A stretch of DNA of 61,242 bases from Pseudomonadota bacterium (GTDB lineage: Bacteria > Pseudomonadota > Alphaproteobacteria > Rickettsiales > UBA1997): assembly GCA_040384945.1 (NCBI GenBank), contig JAZKII010000058.1:1-61242 (forward strand). Reading direction: 5' to 3'. How positions within the stretch are numbered: position 1 is the stretch's first letter; every line of letters starts with the position of its first letter. Below the pieces are notes generated by a model. It saw only the letters and a list, made by a program, of their open reading frames with translations, was not told the DNA's origin and did no database searches. A program made the translations under genes and the position numbers. Below, piece by piece: positions 1 through 9,199 of this stretch.

Positions 1-47
1 TCGAGCTAGCATCTCGACGACGCACTTCGTGCTTTGCTCGATGACCT
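1..47. repeat. Family-C palindromic element, one arm only (cut by the window start)
   Basis: tcgagctagcatctcgacgacgc..gctttgctcgatgacct matches the left arm of the complete element at 58128-58246. It is the near-exact reverse complement of 61194-61242. Confidence 0.8.
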
Positions 48-138
48 AAAAAAATGATAGCCTTGGCTACTTAATATATAATCCTTTATGAAGATCTTGG
101 TCCATACGATCTCTAATTGAATCTCAATCTACCAAACA

Positions 139-1470
139 ATGAAAAAACTATCATCACTCTTTTTGGTAATTCTCCTAATTTCCGCCTGCGACAAAGATGA
201 AAAATATGACAAGGCCAAAGCAATTTCCGCCTTCGTTGCCATCGATCCAATTACAATCGACAAAAGCCTAGAAACCACTGAAATCAAGCTTCCAAAGCAA
301 CAGCAAAATAATTTATGGCTCGCTTCAGCCAGCGAAAGCAACCAACGCATTGAAAATTTCGCCAAAACTTTTTCCCTCAAAAAATCGCGCCAAATTTCTT
401 TAAAAGAATCTTCACAATTCTGGACTTTTTACAGCGGTAACCTCAACGACCATTTCGTTTTTTCTCCGGTAATTAACGGCGATATTGCTTATATTTTAGA
501 CACGACAGGCCAACTTGTAGCTTATAATTTAAAGACCGAAAAAAAAGTTTGGAAATCGCAAATCTTCCACAAAAAAATTCTGAAAAATTACCGCGCCCCA
601 AAAATCGGTTATGCTAAAGGTAAAATTTTTGCCACCGCCGGAACCAATAAAATTCTGGCTGTAGATGAAGTTGACGGCAAAGTTTTATGGTCACGCGACA
701 TTTCTTCAATTCCGGTTTCAACTCCAGTTTCGGATGGCAATTTAGTTTATGTTTCAACCAATGATAATAAACTTTATGCGTTAAATATAAATGACGGTGA
801 GTTGCAATGGTTTCAATCCGGAATTTTACGCACCACCGCCATCTTTGGCGCGGCAGACCCTGTAATTTATAAGGATACGCTAATTGTTTCTTATTCTTCC
901 GGCGAAATTTACGGCGTTAATAAAAAAACCGGCGAATCGCTATGGTCGCAAAATCTGAACTTAAGCAAAGCCACCAATTCTGATTTTTATTTAAACGATA
1001 TTGATGCCACGCCGCTCGCTAAAGATGACATGATTTACACCATCGGAAATGGCGGTTGGATGATGGCAATTTCAACTAAAAACGGTAATTACTTATGGCG
1101 CAAAGAAATCGCCGGAATCGTTGACTTCTGGCTGGCAGGAGACTTTTTATATGTGATTAATAATGATAATAAATTATTGGCAATTCACAGAAAAACTGGC
1201 GGTATAAAATGGATTTCGCAATTGCCGAATTTGGCGAAAAAAGATAAATTAGAAACCAGAATAATTTACAGCGGTGTGATTATGGCTGGTGATAAATTGG
1301 TGATTTCAAATAATAGCGGTGATTTATTGATTGCATCGCCAATTGATGGAAAAGTAGAAAAAACTTTTTCCGTCGGCAAAAGAATTTCCCATTCTCCGGC
1401 GGTTGTCGGAAACAAGATTTACCTGCATATTTTAGGAAAATATGTGGTTGATTTGGTGGAAGTGGAATAG
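139..1470 (+). CDS. bamB: BamB-like outer-membrane assembly lipoprotein (PQQ-like beta-propeller repeats)
   Basis: Lipoprotein signal MKKLSSLFLVILLISAC (lipobox LISAC). Repeated propeller-blade motifs are present: TEKKVWKS, DGKVLWSR, DGELQWF, TGESLWSQ, NGNYLWRK, TGGIKWIS. Confidence 0.75.
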   Translation: MKKLSSLFLVILLISACDKDEKYDKAKAISAFVAIDPITIDKSLETTEIKLPKQQQNNLWLASASESNQRIENFAKTFSLKKSRQISLKESSQFWTFYSGNLNDHFVFSPVINGDIAYILDTTGQLVAYNLKTEKKVWKSQIFHKKILKNYRAPKIGYAKGKIFATAGTNKILAVDEVDGKVLWSRDISSIPVSTPVSDGNLVYVSTNDNKLYALNINDGELQWFQSGILRTTAIFGAADPVIYKDTLIVSYSSGEIYGVNKKTGESLWSQNLNLSKATNSDFYLNDIDATPLAKDDMIYTIGNGGWMMAISTKNGNYLWRKEIAGIVDFWLAGDFLYVINNDNKLLAIHRKTGGIKWISQLPNLAKKDKLETRIIYSGVIMAGDKLVISNNSGDLLIASPIDGKVEKTFSVGKRISHSPAVVGNKIYLHILGKYVVDLVEVE

Positions 1471-1503
1471 TCATTTTATATTTGTAGCAAGATCCCATAG
1501 CAA

Positions 1504-1530
1504 GACGGGGTTACAAAACCCGTCCAGCGC
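1504..1530. repeat. Family-A hairpin, solo half element, 3' of bamB
   Basis: gacggggttacaaaacccgtccagcgc is the same hairpin plus cagcgc tail as the right end of the full elements at 40701-40790 and 47110-47200. Confidence 0.8.
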
Positions 1531-1583
1531 CAGGCGCAAGATCCAGCGCAAATAAAAAGTAGAAAATAAAATTTAATTAAAAA

Positions 1584-4157
1584 ATGTCCGAACAAGTAAA
1601 ACTTACCGATAAATACGATCCAAAAACCCGCGAGAAATTCTGGCAAAATCACTGGAAAGAAAACAAAATCTTCTCCTGGAAAAACGATCTCCCAAAAGCC
1701 CAAACTTTCGTTATCGATACGCCACCACCAACAGTTTCTGGCCTTCTACACATGGGCCATGTTTTCTCTTACACCCAAGCCGATTTCGTGGCGCGTTTCC
1801 AAAGAATGTCTGGTAAAGATGTCTTTTATCCAATGGGATTTGATGATAACGGCCTTCCAACCGAACGCTTAGTTGAAAAAATTATCGAGAAAAAAGCCGG
1901 AGTTTTTGAAAGCGAAAACGGCCACGGATCTTTCGTAAAAAAATGCCGCGAAGTTGTTGATGAAGCGGAAAAAGAATTTGAAATTTTATTTAACTCAATC
2001 GCACTTTCAGTTGATTGGGACCAGAAATATCAAACGATTTCACCGCAGTCGCAAAAAATTTCCCAAGCCAGTTTCGTTGATTTATACCGCAAAAATTTAG
2101 TTGAAAAAAAATTCGAACCAGTTTTTTGGGACATTTCCGACCGCACCGCTCTAGCGCAAGCCGACTTAATTGATAAAGAAGTTGAAGGCGTGATGAATGA
2201 AATTGAATTTTCAATTGAAGGAAGTGATGAAAAAATAATTATCATGACAACGCGTCCAGAGCTGCTTCCAGCCTGTGTCGCCGTAATGGTTCATCCAGAA
2301 GATGAACGCTATAAAAACCTTCACGGCAAAAATGCCATAACTCCGCTTTTTGGAGTTAAAGTTCAAATCATCGCTGATGATTTAGTTCAATTAGATAAAG
2401 GAACCGGCGCTGTAATGTGCTGTACTTTCGGTGATGAAACAGATATTCGCTGGTGGAAGAAACACAGTTTGCCGCTCAAAATCATCATTCAAAAAGATGG
2501 CAGAATTGAAGGCATTTCGATCAAACAATTTAAAGAAAAAGTAATTGAAGATCTAAAAAATACTCCCAGCAATATTCAGAGCGGGATGGGGTTTGTAACC
2601 CCGTCCCCACGTTCATTAAATGGACATGAAAATGAGGACGGGGTTACAAACCCCGTCCTGCAGCCGCTTTTGCGCTCGGTGCTGATAAAGCAAGAGCCGA
2701 TTAAGCGCGCCGTTAAATGTGCAGAGCGTTCCGGCGTTCCAATCGAAATTGTAGTTGCGCCGCAATGGTTTATCAAAATTCTTGATAAAAAAGAATTGCT
2801 GAAAAGCAAAGCAGCGGAATGCAACTGGTTTCCGGAATATATGAAAGTGCGCATCGATCAATGGATTGATGGGTTGCAATGGGATTGGTGTATTTCGCGT
2901 CAAAGATTTTTCGGCGTAGCATTTCCGGTTTGGTATTCAAAAAAAGCAGGCGAAGAAGGGAAAATTTTAGTTGCGGAACCTTCGCAACTTCCATGCGATC
3001 CGAATGTTGATTTGCCAGCAGGTTATTCGCGTGATGAAGTTACCGCTGAAACCGATATTATGGACACTTGGGCCACTTCATCAATTTCACCGCAATTATC
3101 TTCGCGCGGAATTTCCGATGAAATTTCTTTCGATAAAGCACGTCATGAAAAACTTTTCCCGGCAGATTTGCGTCCGCAAGCTCACGAAATTATTCGTACT
3201 TGGGCGTTTTATACGATTGTAAAATCGGCATTACACCAAAATTCCATTCCATGGAAAAACCTGATGATCTCAGGCTGGTGCTTGGCGGCGGACAAAACCA
3301 AAATGAGTAAATCAAAAGGAAATGTGGTTACTCCAACTTCTTTGATTGAAGAAAAAGGTTCTGATATTGTGCGTTATTGGGCTTCAACTTCGCATCTTGG
3401 CGCGGACACAGCTTACTCGGAAGAAGTATTTAAAATTGGCCAAAAATTAATCACCAAACTTTTCAACGCCGCGAAATTTGCTTCGATGAATTTTGCCTTG
3501 TTGCAAAATGATGCTAAAGTAACAGAAGCTTCTGATTTGTGGATTCTAGCACGTTTGCAACAAGTTGTAGAACGAGCAACTAAAGAATTCGAAAGCTTTG
3601 AATATGCTCGCGCGCGTGAAGTAATTGAAGAATTTTTCTGGAAAGATTTTTGCGATAATTATTTGGAAATTTGCAAAGTCCGTTCTTACGGAATTGCAGC
3701 GGAAAAAGTTGCTGGAGTTGAATTAAACGATCAACAAAAAGCTGAAATTTCTGCCAAACAACAAAGCGCGATTTTAACTTTGCGAATTTGCTTAAATAAT
3801 TTGTTAAAACTTTTTGCCCCTTTTATTCCGCATATTTGTGATGAAATTTATTCATCACTTTTTGCGGAGGAATTTGCGCAAAATTCTTCAATCAACGCAC
3901 GTGGTAACTGGCCGCAAGTTGATTCAAAATTTTATAATGATGGTTTGATTGAAGATGGAAAATTATTGTTGGAAGTGATTTTTGAAGTGAGGAAATTTAA
4001 ATCGGAAAAAAATATTTCGATGAAAACCACAGTTGAGAAAGTGAAAGTGGCGAAAGTTTTAGGTATTGAGAAGTTTGTTGAAGATTTAGCAAATGTTTGC
4101 AATGCCAAAGAAATTGAATTGGTGGTTGAAGAAAAATTAGTAGAAGTAATTTTATAG
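1584..4157 (+). CDS. valS: Valine--tRNA ligase (short archaeal/Rickettsia-type) with an in-frame palindromic-element insertion
   Basis: Class I aaRS motifs PPPTVSGLLHMGHVF (HIGH-type) and KMSKSKGN. The ORF is 857 aa, and the N-terminal block YDPKTREKFWQNHW is typical of ValRS. Confidence 0.95.
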   Translation: MSEQVKLTDKYDPKTREKFWQNHWKENKIFSWKNDLPKAQTFVIDTPPPTVSGLLHMGHVFSYTQADFVARFQRMSGKDVFYPMGFDDNGLPTERLVEKIIEKKAGVFESENGHGSFVKKCREVVDEAEKEFEILFNSIALSVDWDQKYQTISPQSQKISQASFVDLYRKNLVEKKFEPVFWDISDRTALAQADLIDKEVEGVMNEIEFSIEGSDEKIIIMTTRPELLPACVAVMVHPEDERYKNLHGKNAITPLFGVKVQIIADDLVQLDKGTGAVMCCTFGDETDIRWWKKHSLPLKIIIQKDGRIEGISIKQFKEKVIEDLKNTPSNIQSGMGFVTPSPRSLNGHENEDGVTNPVLQPLLRSVLIKQEPIKRAVKCAERSGVPIEIVVAPQWFIKILDKKELLKSKAAECNWFPEYMKVRIDQWIDGLQWDWCISRQRFFGVAFPVWYSKKAGEEGKILVAEPSQLPCDPNVDLPAGYSRDEVTAETDIMDTWATSSISPQLSSRGISDEISFDKARHEKLFPADLRPQAHEIIRTWAFYTIVKSALHQNSIPWKNLMISGWCLAADKTKMSKSKGNVVTPTSLIEEKGSDIVRYWASTSHLGADTAYSEEVFKIGQKLITKLFNAAKFASMNFALLQNDAKVTEASDLWILARLQQVVERATKEFESFEYARAREVIEEFFWKDFCDNYLEICKVRSYGIAAEKVAGVELNDQQKAEISAKQQSAILTLRICLNNLLKLFAPFIPHICDEIYSSLFAEEFAQNSSINARGNWPQVDSKFYNDGLIEDGKLLLEVIFEVRKFKSEKNISMKTTVEKVKVAKVLGIEKFVEDLANVCNAKEIELVVEEKLVEVIL
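2583..2664. repeat. Family-A double-hairpin element inside valS, translated in frame
   Basis: ggatggggtttgtaaccccgtcc..cacgttcat..ggacggggttacaaaccccgtcc encodes GMGFVTPSPRSLNGHENEDGVTNPVLQP. It has the same termini as the intergenic copies. Confidence 0.85.
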
Positions 4158-4182
4158 TTTATCAAACCGCGACTGAAACTTT

Positions 4183-4539
4183 TTAATTACTGTACCACTT
4201 TTGTGCGAGCTTATTTATTTCTTCCAGAATTTTATCCAGTTGCTTGCCTTGTTTAGTCAGGCTGTAAGTAACTTTCGGTGGAATTGTTTCTTCCTGAAAG
4301 CGGTTAAGGATTTTTGCTTCTTCTAACATGCGCAATCTTTCAGTTAAAACTTTTGATGAAATTTGCGGAATATTTTTTTTGATTTCGCCAAATCTTTGCG
4401 GGCCTTGTGATTTAATTAACCATAAAATATATGTTGTCCAAGGGCCGGAGAGTAAGTTCAACAGATGTTGCATCGGACAGCGAATTTTCATGTTCTCGCT
4501 GATCGATTTTGTGGAATTGATTTTCTTCTTTTGTGCCAT
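4183..4539 (-). CDS. HxlR-family winged-helix transcriptional regulator
   Basis: CPMQHLLNLLSGPWTTYILWLI..GPQRFGEIKKNIPQISSKVLTERLRMLEEAKIL..VTYSLT is the characteristic HxlR/DUF24 pattern. Confidence 0.85.
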   Translation of the reverse strand: MAQKKKINSTKSISENMKIRCPMQHLLNLLSGPWTTYILWLIKSQGPQRFGEIKKNIPQISSKVLTERLRMLEEAKILNRFQEETIPPKVTYSLTKQGKQLDKILEEINKLAQKWYSN

Positions 4540-4566
4540 TTTTTGAATTCTTAAAAAAATTTACTG

Positions 4567-4599
4567 GTTACTTTAAGGTACCTACTTGATTTAAGTAAC
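4567..4599. promoter_or_regulatory. Imperfect palindrome in the HxlR/yceI divergent intergenic region (possible operator)
   Basis: gttactttaa..N14..ttaagtaac lies between divergent genes. HxlR regulators commonly control the divergent neighbour. This is positional inference only. Confidence 0.25.
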
Positions 4600-4680
4600 T
4601 TACTTCATAATTTCAACCGCGATTAATTTCACCAGCATTATTTTACCCGTAATTTTCCTTAAATTTAAAAAATAAAAATC

Positions 4681-5259
4681 ATGACCAAATTAAAATTGAT
4701 TGCGATTGCAGCTATTGCTTTTGCTTTTTCTGCCAAGGCATCTTTTGCTGAAGCTGTTAAATACCAAATCGAACCAAACCACACTTATGCTGTATGGTTT
4801 GCCAATCATTTTGGTTTTTCTAACCAATCAGGAAAATTTTCTGATGTTAGTGGCGAAATTGCTTTTGATGAAGCCAAGCCCGCCAATTCTTCCGTAGAAG
4901 TGACGATTAAAATTGATAGTTTAGTTACTGGTTTATCTAAGTTTGATAATCATTTAAAAAGCGCTGATTTTTTTGATGCGGAGAAATTTCCAACTGCGAA
5001 ATTTGTGAGCAAAAAAATTAGAGTGACTGGCAAAGACAAAGCGAAAATTGAAGGTGATTTAACCATGCATGGTGTGACTAAAACAGTTATTCTTGATGCT
5101 AAAATGAATAAATCCGGAGTTAGCGCTGTTACTCAAAAATCAACTATCGGCTTTAGCGCGACTGCTGAAATCAATCGTTCAGAATTCGGTTTGGAATATG
5201 CAATTCCAGGCGTTGCGGATAAAGTTAAATTAGTAATTGAAGTTGAAGCTAATCGTTAA
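4681..5259 (+). CDS. yceI: YceI-family periplasmic polyisoprenoid-binding protein
   Basis: Signal peptide MTKLKLIAIAAIAFAFSAKASFA. YceI blocks are present: YQIEPNHTYAVWF..HFGFSNQSGKF, SLVTGLSKFDNHLKSADFFDAEKFPTAKF, LTMHGVTK. Confidence 0.85.
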   Translation: MTKLKLIAIAAIAFAFSAKASFAEAVKYQIEPNHTYAVWFANHFGFSNQSGKFSDVSGEIAFDEAKPANSSVEVTIKIDSLVTGLSKFDNHLKSADFFDAEKFPTAKFVSKKIRVTGKDKAKIEGDLTMHGVTKTVILDAKMNKSGVSAVTQKSTIGFSATAEINRSEFGLEYAIPGVADKVKLVIEVEANR

Positions 5260-5317
5260 TTTGGTTAAGGATGTGTAAAAGCTGTGCGCAGCAGGATCTC
5301 CAGCAGGACTTGCAGCA

Positions 5318-5365
5318 GGACGGGATTTTTAATCCCGTCCTAATGTTCATGTAAAATGTGACGAG
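5318..5365. repeat. Family-A half element (left hairpin plus spacer start)
   Basis: ggacgggatttttaatcccgtcctaatgttcatgtaaaatgtgacgag. The hairpin and the gttcatg..aaaatgtg spacer match the full elements, and the right hairpin is missing. Confidence 0.7.
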
Positions 5366-5372
5366 TATGGAT

Positions 5373-5456
5373 AGATCCTGAATCAAGTTCAGGATGACGA
5401 TGTGGGAGAAACGAGTCTAATAAAAACTCCGTCATCCTGAACTTGATTCAGGATCT
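5373..5456. repeat. Family-B long palindrome (27-bp arms)
   Basis: agatcctgaatcaagttcaggatgacg..cgtcatcctgaacttgattcaggatct. A second copy lies inside polA at 42661-42740. Confidence 0.85.
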
Positions 5457-5567
5457 AGTGTGAAGTTACAACAAAAGAAATGACGATGAGATAGATTTTG
5501 AAATTGCATTTGAAATTAAGAAGGATTTGATTCTGCTTTAGTTCACGCCAACTAATTTTTAAGAACC

Positions 5568-6908
5568 ATGACTCTAGATCCAGTTCTACTCGCCCGCATC
5601 CAGTTTGCTTTTACCATCAGTTTCCACATTATTTTCCCCGCCTTTACCATCGGACTCGCCGGCTATCTTGCTGCAATCGAAGCGCTTTACCTAAAAAGCA
5701 AAAACATAATTTACAAAGAAATCTACAAATTCTGGGTCAAAATTTTCGCCATAATTTTCGGTATGGGCGTTGTTTCTGGCGTTGTTTTATCTTACGAACT
5801 TGGCACTAATTGGGCTGGCTTTTCATTCGCTACTTCCAATGTTTTAGGTCCGCTTTTCGGCTTTGAAGTTTTAACTGCTTTTTTCCTCGAAGCCTCATTT
5901 TTAGGAATCATGCTTTTTGGCTGGGAACGCGTTTCTGCAAAAATGCACTTCACTTCAACTTGTATAGTTGCATTTGGAACTGTGGTTTCGGCATTTTGGA
6001 TTTTAGCCGCAAATAGTTGGATGCACACGCCACAAGGTTTCATGGTAAAAGATAATGTTTTCTATCCCGTAAATTGGCTGGAAATTATTTTTAATCCTTC
6101 TTTTCCATACCGCTTTTTCCACATGGTGATCGCCACTTATTTAACCTGCGCTTTCGTGGTGGCAGGTGTTTCTTCCTGGTTATTATGGAAAAACCGCGAG
6201 TCACTTCACGCCAAAATAATGCTCAAAATGGCGCTTAATTTTATCATAATTTTTGTGCCGTTGCAAATTGCAGTTGGTGACATGCATGGCCTAAACACGC
6301 TGCATCATCAGCCGGCAAAAGTTGCAGCGATGGAAGGAATTTGGGAAACTGAAAAAGGCGCGCCGCTGACACTTTTCGGTATTCCTGATGAAGAAAGTGA
6401 AACTACAAAATATGCAATCCGCATTCCAAAAATGGCGAGCATGATTTTAACCCACGATCCAAAAGGTGAAATTGCCGGATTAAAATCTTTCCCCAAAGAC
6501 CAACGCCCGCCAGTACTTCCGATTTTTATTTTCTTTCGCGTGATGGTTGGAATCGGTGTTTTAATGTTGGCAACCGGTGTAATGGCTTTGTACTTATATC
6601 GTAAAAGAAAACTTTTTGAAGCGAGATGGTTTCAACTTTGGTGCATGGCGATGACACCAAGCGGATTTATCGCATTGCTTTCGGGTTGGTTTGTAACTGA
6701 AATTGGCCGCCAGCCTTATGTAGTTTATGGTTTACTGCGAACAAGAGAAGCTGCGTCAGTTATAGCGGCAGGGCAGGTGTTATTTTCGCTGATTGTTTTT
6801 GTGGTGGTTTATTTTGTGATTTTCGGGTCGGCGACTTTTTATATTTTAAGACAAATTGCCAAAGGGCCGCAGAAAATTGAAGGTCCAATTCAAACCTTAA
6901 ATAAATAA
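5568..6908 (+). CDS. cydA: Cytochrome bd ubiquinol oxidase subunit I (short Q-loop type)
   Basis: N-terminus LARIQFAFTISFHIIFPAFTIGLA, and EIGRQPYVVYG matches the GRQPW block. It is 446 aa with multiple TM helices and is followed by cydB. Confidence 0.9.
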   Translation: MTLDPVLLARIQFAFTISFHIIFPAFTIGLAGYLAAIEALYLKSKNIIYKEIYKFWVKIFAIIFGMGVVSGVVLSYELGTNWAGFSFATSNVLGPLFGFEVLTAFFLEASFLGIMLFGWERVSAKMHFTSTCIVAFGTVVSAFWILAANSWMHTPQGFMVKDNVFYPVNWLEIIFNPSFPYRFFHMVIATYLTCAFVVAGVSSWLLWKNRESLHAKIMLKMALNFIIIFVPLQIAVGDMHGLNTLHHQPAKVAAMEGIWETEKGAPLTLFGIPDEESETTKYAIRIPKMASMILTHDPKGEIAGLKSFPKDQRPPVLPIFIFFRVMVGIGVLMLATGVMALYLYRKRKLFEARWFQLWCMAMTPSGFIALLSGWFVTEIGRQPYVVYGLLRTREAASVIAAGQVLFSLIVFVVVYFVIFGSATFYILRQIAKGPQKIEGPIQTLNK

Positions 6909-6912
6909 AACT

Positions 6913-7935
6913 ATGTTTGATTTTTCATCCTTCCTCAATCTCCCTTTAATCTTCGGCTGCGTAATCGCATTCTCCATTTTCATGTATGTACTTCTCGATG
7001 GTTTCGATCTCGGCATCGGAATCATTTTCCCCTTCGCCCCCACCGACGAATGCCGCAGCAAAATGATGAATTCCGTCGCCCCTTTCTGGGATGGCAATGA
7101 AACCTGGCTCGTCATGGGCGGCGCGGGTTTATTCGCCGCTTTCCCCGCCGCTTATTCGGTGTTAATGCCCGCATATTACATCCCAATTATTCTCATGCTT
7201 TTAGGATTAATTTTCCGCGGTGTCGCTTTTGAATTCCGCGCCAAAACCAAATCACAACGCGAACAACGCATTTGGGATTATTCATTTCACTTCGGATCTT
7301 TGATCGCCACCTTTTTCCAAGGCACAATTTTAGGCGCTTTTGTTCAGGGCGTAAAAGTTGAAAATCTGTCTTTTGTTGGACATCCATTCGACTGGCTAAA
7401 TGCATTTTCCGTTACCACCGGAATTGCTCTAATCTTTGGCTACGCCTTAATCGGCAGCACTTGGCTAATTATGAAAACCCACGATAAAACCCAAATTTGG
7501 GCGCGATATGTTGCAACTTATGTCGTTAGTTTTGTGGCATTTTTTACAGCTTTAGTAAGCGGCTGGACTTCATTTTTAAAAATCGAAATTTTCGAACGCT
7601 GGTTTACCAAACCGACAATTTTTTATCTTTTACCAATTCCGGTAATTACGATTTTAGGATTTATTTTTTTGATCAAAGGCTTGAATGAAAAGAAAGAATC
7701 ACAACCTTTTTTAACAGTAATTTTCCTGTTTGTTTTATGTTACGCCGGTTTGGCGATCAGCCTGTTTCCTTATGCCGTGCCTTACGCACTAACCTTCAAA
7801 GATGCCGCCGCCGCTTCAACTTCGCTGTCACTTTTATTCGTAGGAGTAGCAATTGTTATGCCGGTGATTTTGACTTATACCGCTTTTTCTTACCACGTGT
7901 TTCGCGGGAAATCGTCGCATGAGAATTTGTATTAG
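6913..7935 (+). CDS. cydB: Cytochrome bd ubiquinol oxidase subunit II
   Basis: LLDGFDLGIGI and APFWDGNETWLV blocks are present. The protein is polytopic and starts 5 nt after cydA. Confidence 0.9.
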   Translation: MFDFSSFLNLPLIFGCVIAFSIFMYVLLDGFDLGIGIIFPFAPTDECRSKMMNSVAPFWDGNETWLVMGGAGLFAAFPAAYSVLMPAYYIPIILMLLGLIFRGVAFEFRAKTKSQREQRIWDYSFHFGSLIATFFQGTILGAFVQGVKVENLSFVGHPFDWLNAFSVTTGIALIFGYALIGSTWLIMKTHDKTQIWARYVATYVVSFVAFFTALVSGWTSFLKIEIFERWFTKPTIFYLLPIPVITILGFIFLIKGLNEKKESQPFLTVIFLFVLCYAGLAISLFPYAVPYALTFKDAAAASTSLSLLFVGVAIVMPVILTYTAFSYHVFRGKSSHENLY

Positions 7936-8189
7936 AGTGTGATTCAAACCCGAGTAAAACAAACTGTCCTGAATTTATGCCAAAGGTGATTAATGTAATA
8001 TTGATACAACTATATGATTTAGATTACATTTTTCTTACTTAGATATTGATAATAAAATTTGTTCGAAATTAAATTTTCGCAAACATCCTAAAATTAATAT
8101 TTAAAATCCAGTTTTATCACCCGAAACACAAACCAGAAGCATGATTACCCTCTCATTTTACAATATAACAAAGCAAGTTTCTCAGCCGG

Positions 8190-8305
8190 AAAATTTTCGA
8201 GGTGTAAATTATCAGCATCAAAAGTGGGGTGATGTAAGAATTTGGCAAGATGCGAATGGTGATGCGCAAACTGATGCAGATGAGTTAAAAACTCTGAGGT
8301 TTGGC
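8190..8305 (+). pseudogene. Remnant of an RTX-family gene
   Basis: aagtggggtgatgtaagaatttggcaagatgcgaatggtgat.. translates to KWGDVRIWQDANGDAQTDADELKTL. It aligns to 10603-10680 of the giant gene (KWSDLRIWQDANGDGVTDAGELKTL). There is no start codon and a stop follows shortly. Confidence 0.7.
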
Positions 8306-8307
8306 CT

Positions 8308-9198
8308 ATGTTAGGTGAATTTTTTTTATTAAAATTTTTAACAAGTCTATTTGGTCTGTTCCTATCTTTTACCTTTGTTTATTTGCCAATCATCTTGGCG
8401 ATAATTGCCTATCGTAGAAAGTGGGGAATAAAAAAATTTCTAAAGAGAGTTGTTGAGTCAGTTACTCTAATAATCACCACTATAATAGTGGTTGTAGGAG
8501 TTTTAGTTTTACTTGGTCATTTTACCGAAATTAAAGACCCAGTAGAAGAAATGATTAATAACCCACAAAAATATAAAAATATGCCATGTTTTGAAGTAGA
8601 ATTTAACAAAGAGAAATACTGTTTTGATAGAAGTAGAGCTTACATTGAGAATAAATATGTAAGTCGCACAACAGGAGAAGATGAGAGTGCTGAAATTTAT
8701 TTCATCCCCAGAATTCTATCAAATTTTCCGATCGAACACAGAGAAGTAAGAGTTTATTTAAAAGTGGATAAGCATCACAGGGATGATGTTAACGAGCCTG
8801 AGTATTTTGTGCGCGGTGCTGTTAAAGACGATTCAAGAGAAGGAAAGGTTTTTAAAAAACTGATTGATAAAGCTAAAGATGGGGAGTTTGTTGAGATAAC
8901 AAAGATGCTAAAGTCTGACTGGTTGCATGGAGGAAAAAAGCATTTTACCGTCATTTTTAACAGCAGAATTGTTTTGAGCTTAATCGCTACATCAAATAAA
9001 TATTTTAAATTCATAGGACAAACTACTTTTCAATCCCCAATCCAAGCAATATACTTTGAATTTCAGTTAGTTTCCAACCAATCAACTCAACAAGAATTTC
9101 TTAAAACCTTGCTTGATGTCGCTCAAGAATTTAACCAATTCTTAACCGATTCAAAAGTTAGCAACCAACCATTATCAACCAACTCAACCACCAATTGA
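8308..9198 (+). CDS. Hypothetical membrane protein (2 N-terminal TM helices), translationally coupled to the RTX gene
   Basis: 296-aa ORF with TM segments LTSLFGLFLSFTFVYLPIILAIIAY and LIITTIIVVVGVLVLLGHF. Its stop is 1 nt before the RTX ATG at 9200. I recognise no family. Confidence 0.55.
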   Translation: MLGEFFLLKFLTSLFGLFLSFTFVYLPIILAIIAYRRKWGIKKFLKRVVESVTLIITTIIVVVGVLVLLGHFTEIKDPVEEMINNPQKYKNMPCFEVEFNKEKYCFDRSRAYIENKYVSRTTGEDESAEIYFIPRILSNFPIEHREVRVYLKVDKHHRDDVNEPEYFVRGAVKDDSREGKVFKKLIDKAKDGEFVEITKMLKSDWLHGGKKHFTVIFNSRIVLSLIATSNKYFKFIGQTTFQSPIQAIYFEFQLVSNQSTQQEFLKTLLDVAQEFNQFLTDSKVSNQPLSTNSTTN

Positions 9199-9199
9199 T

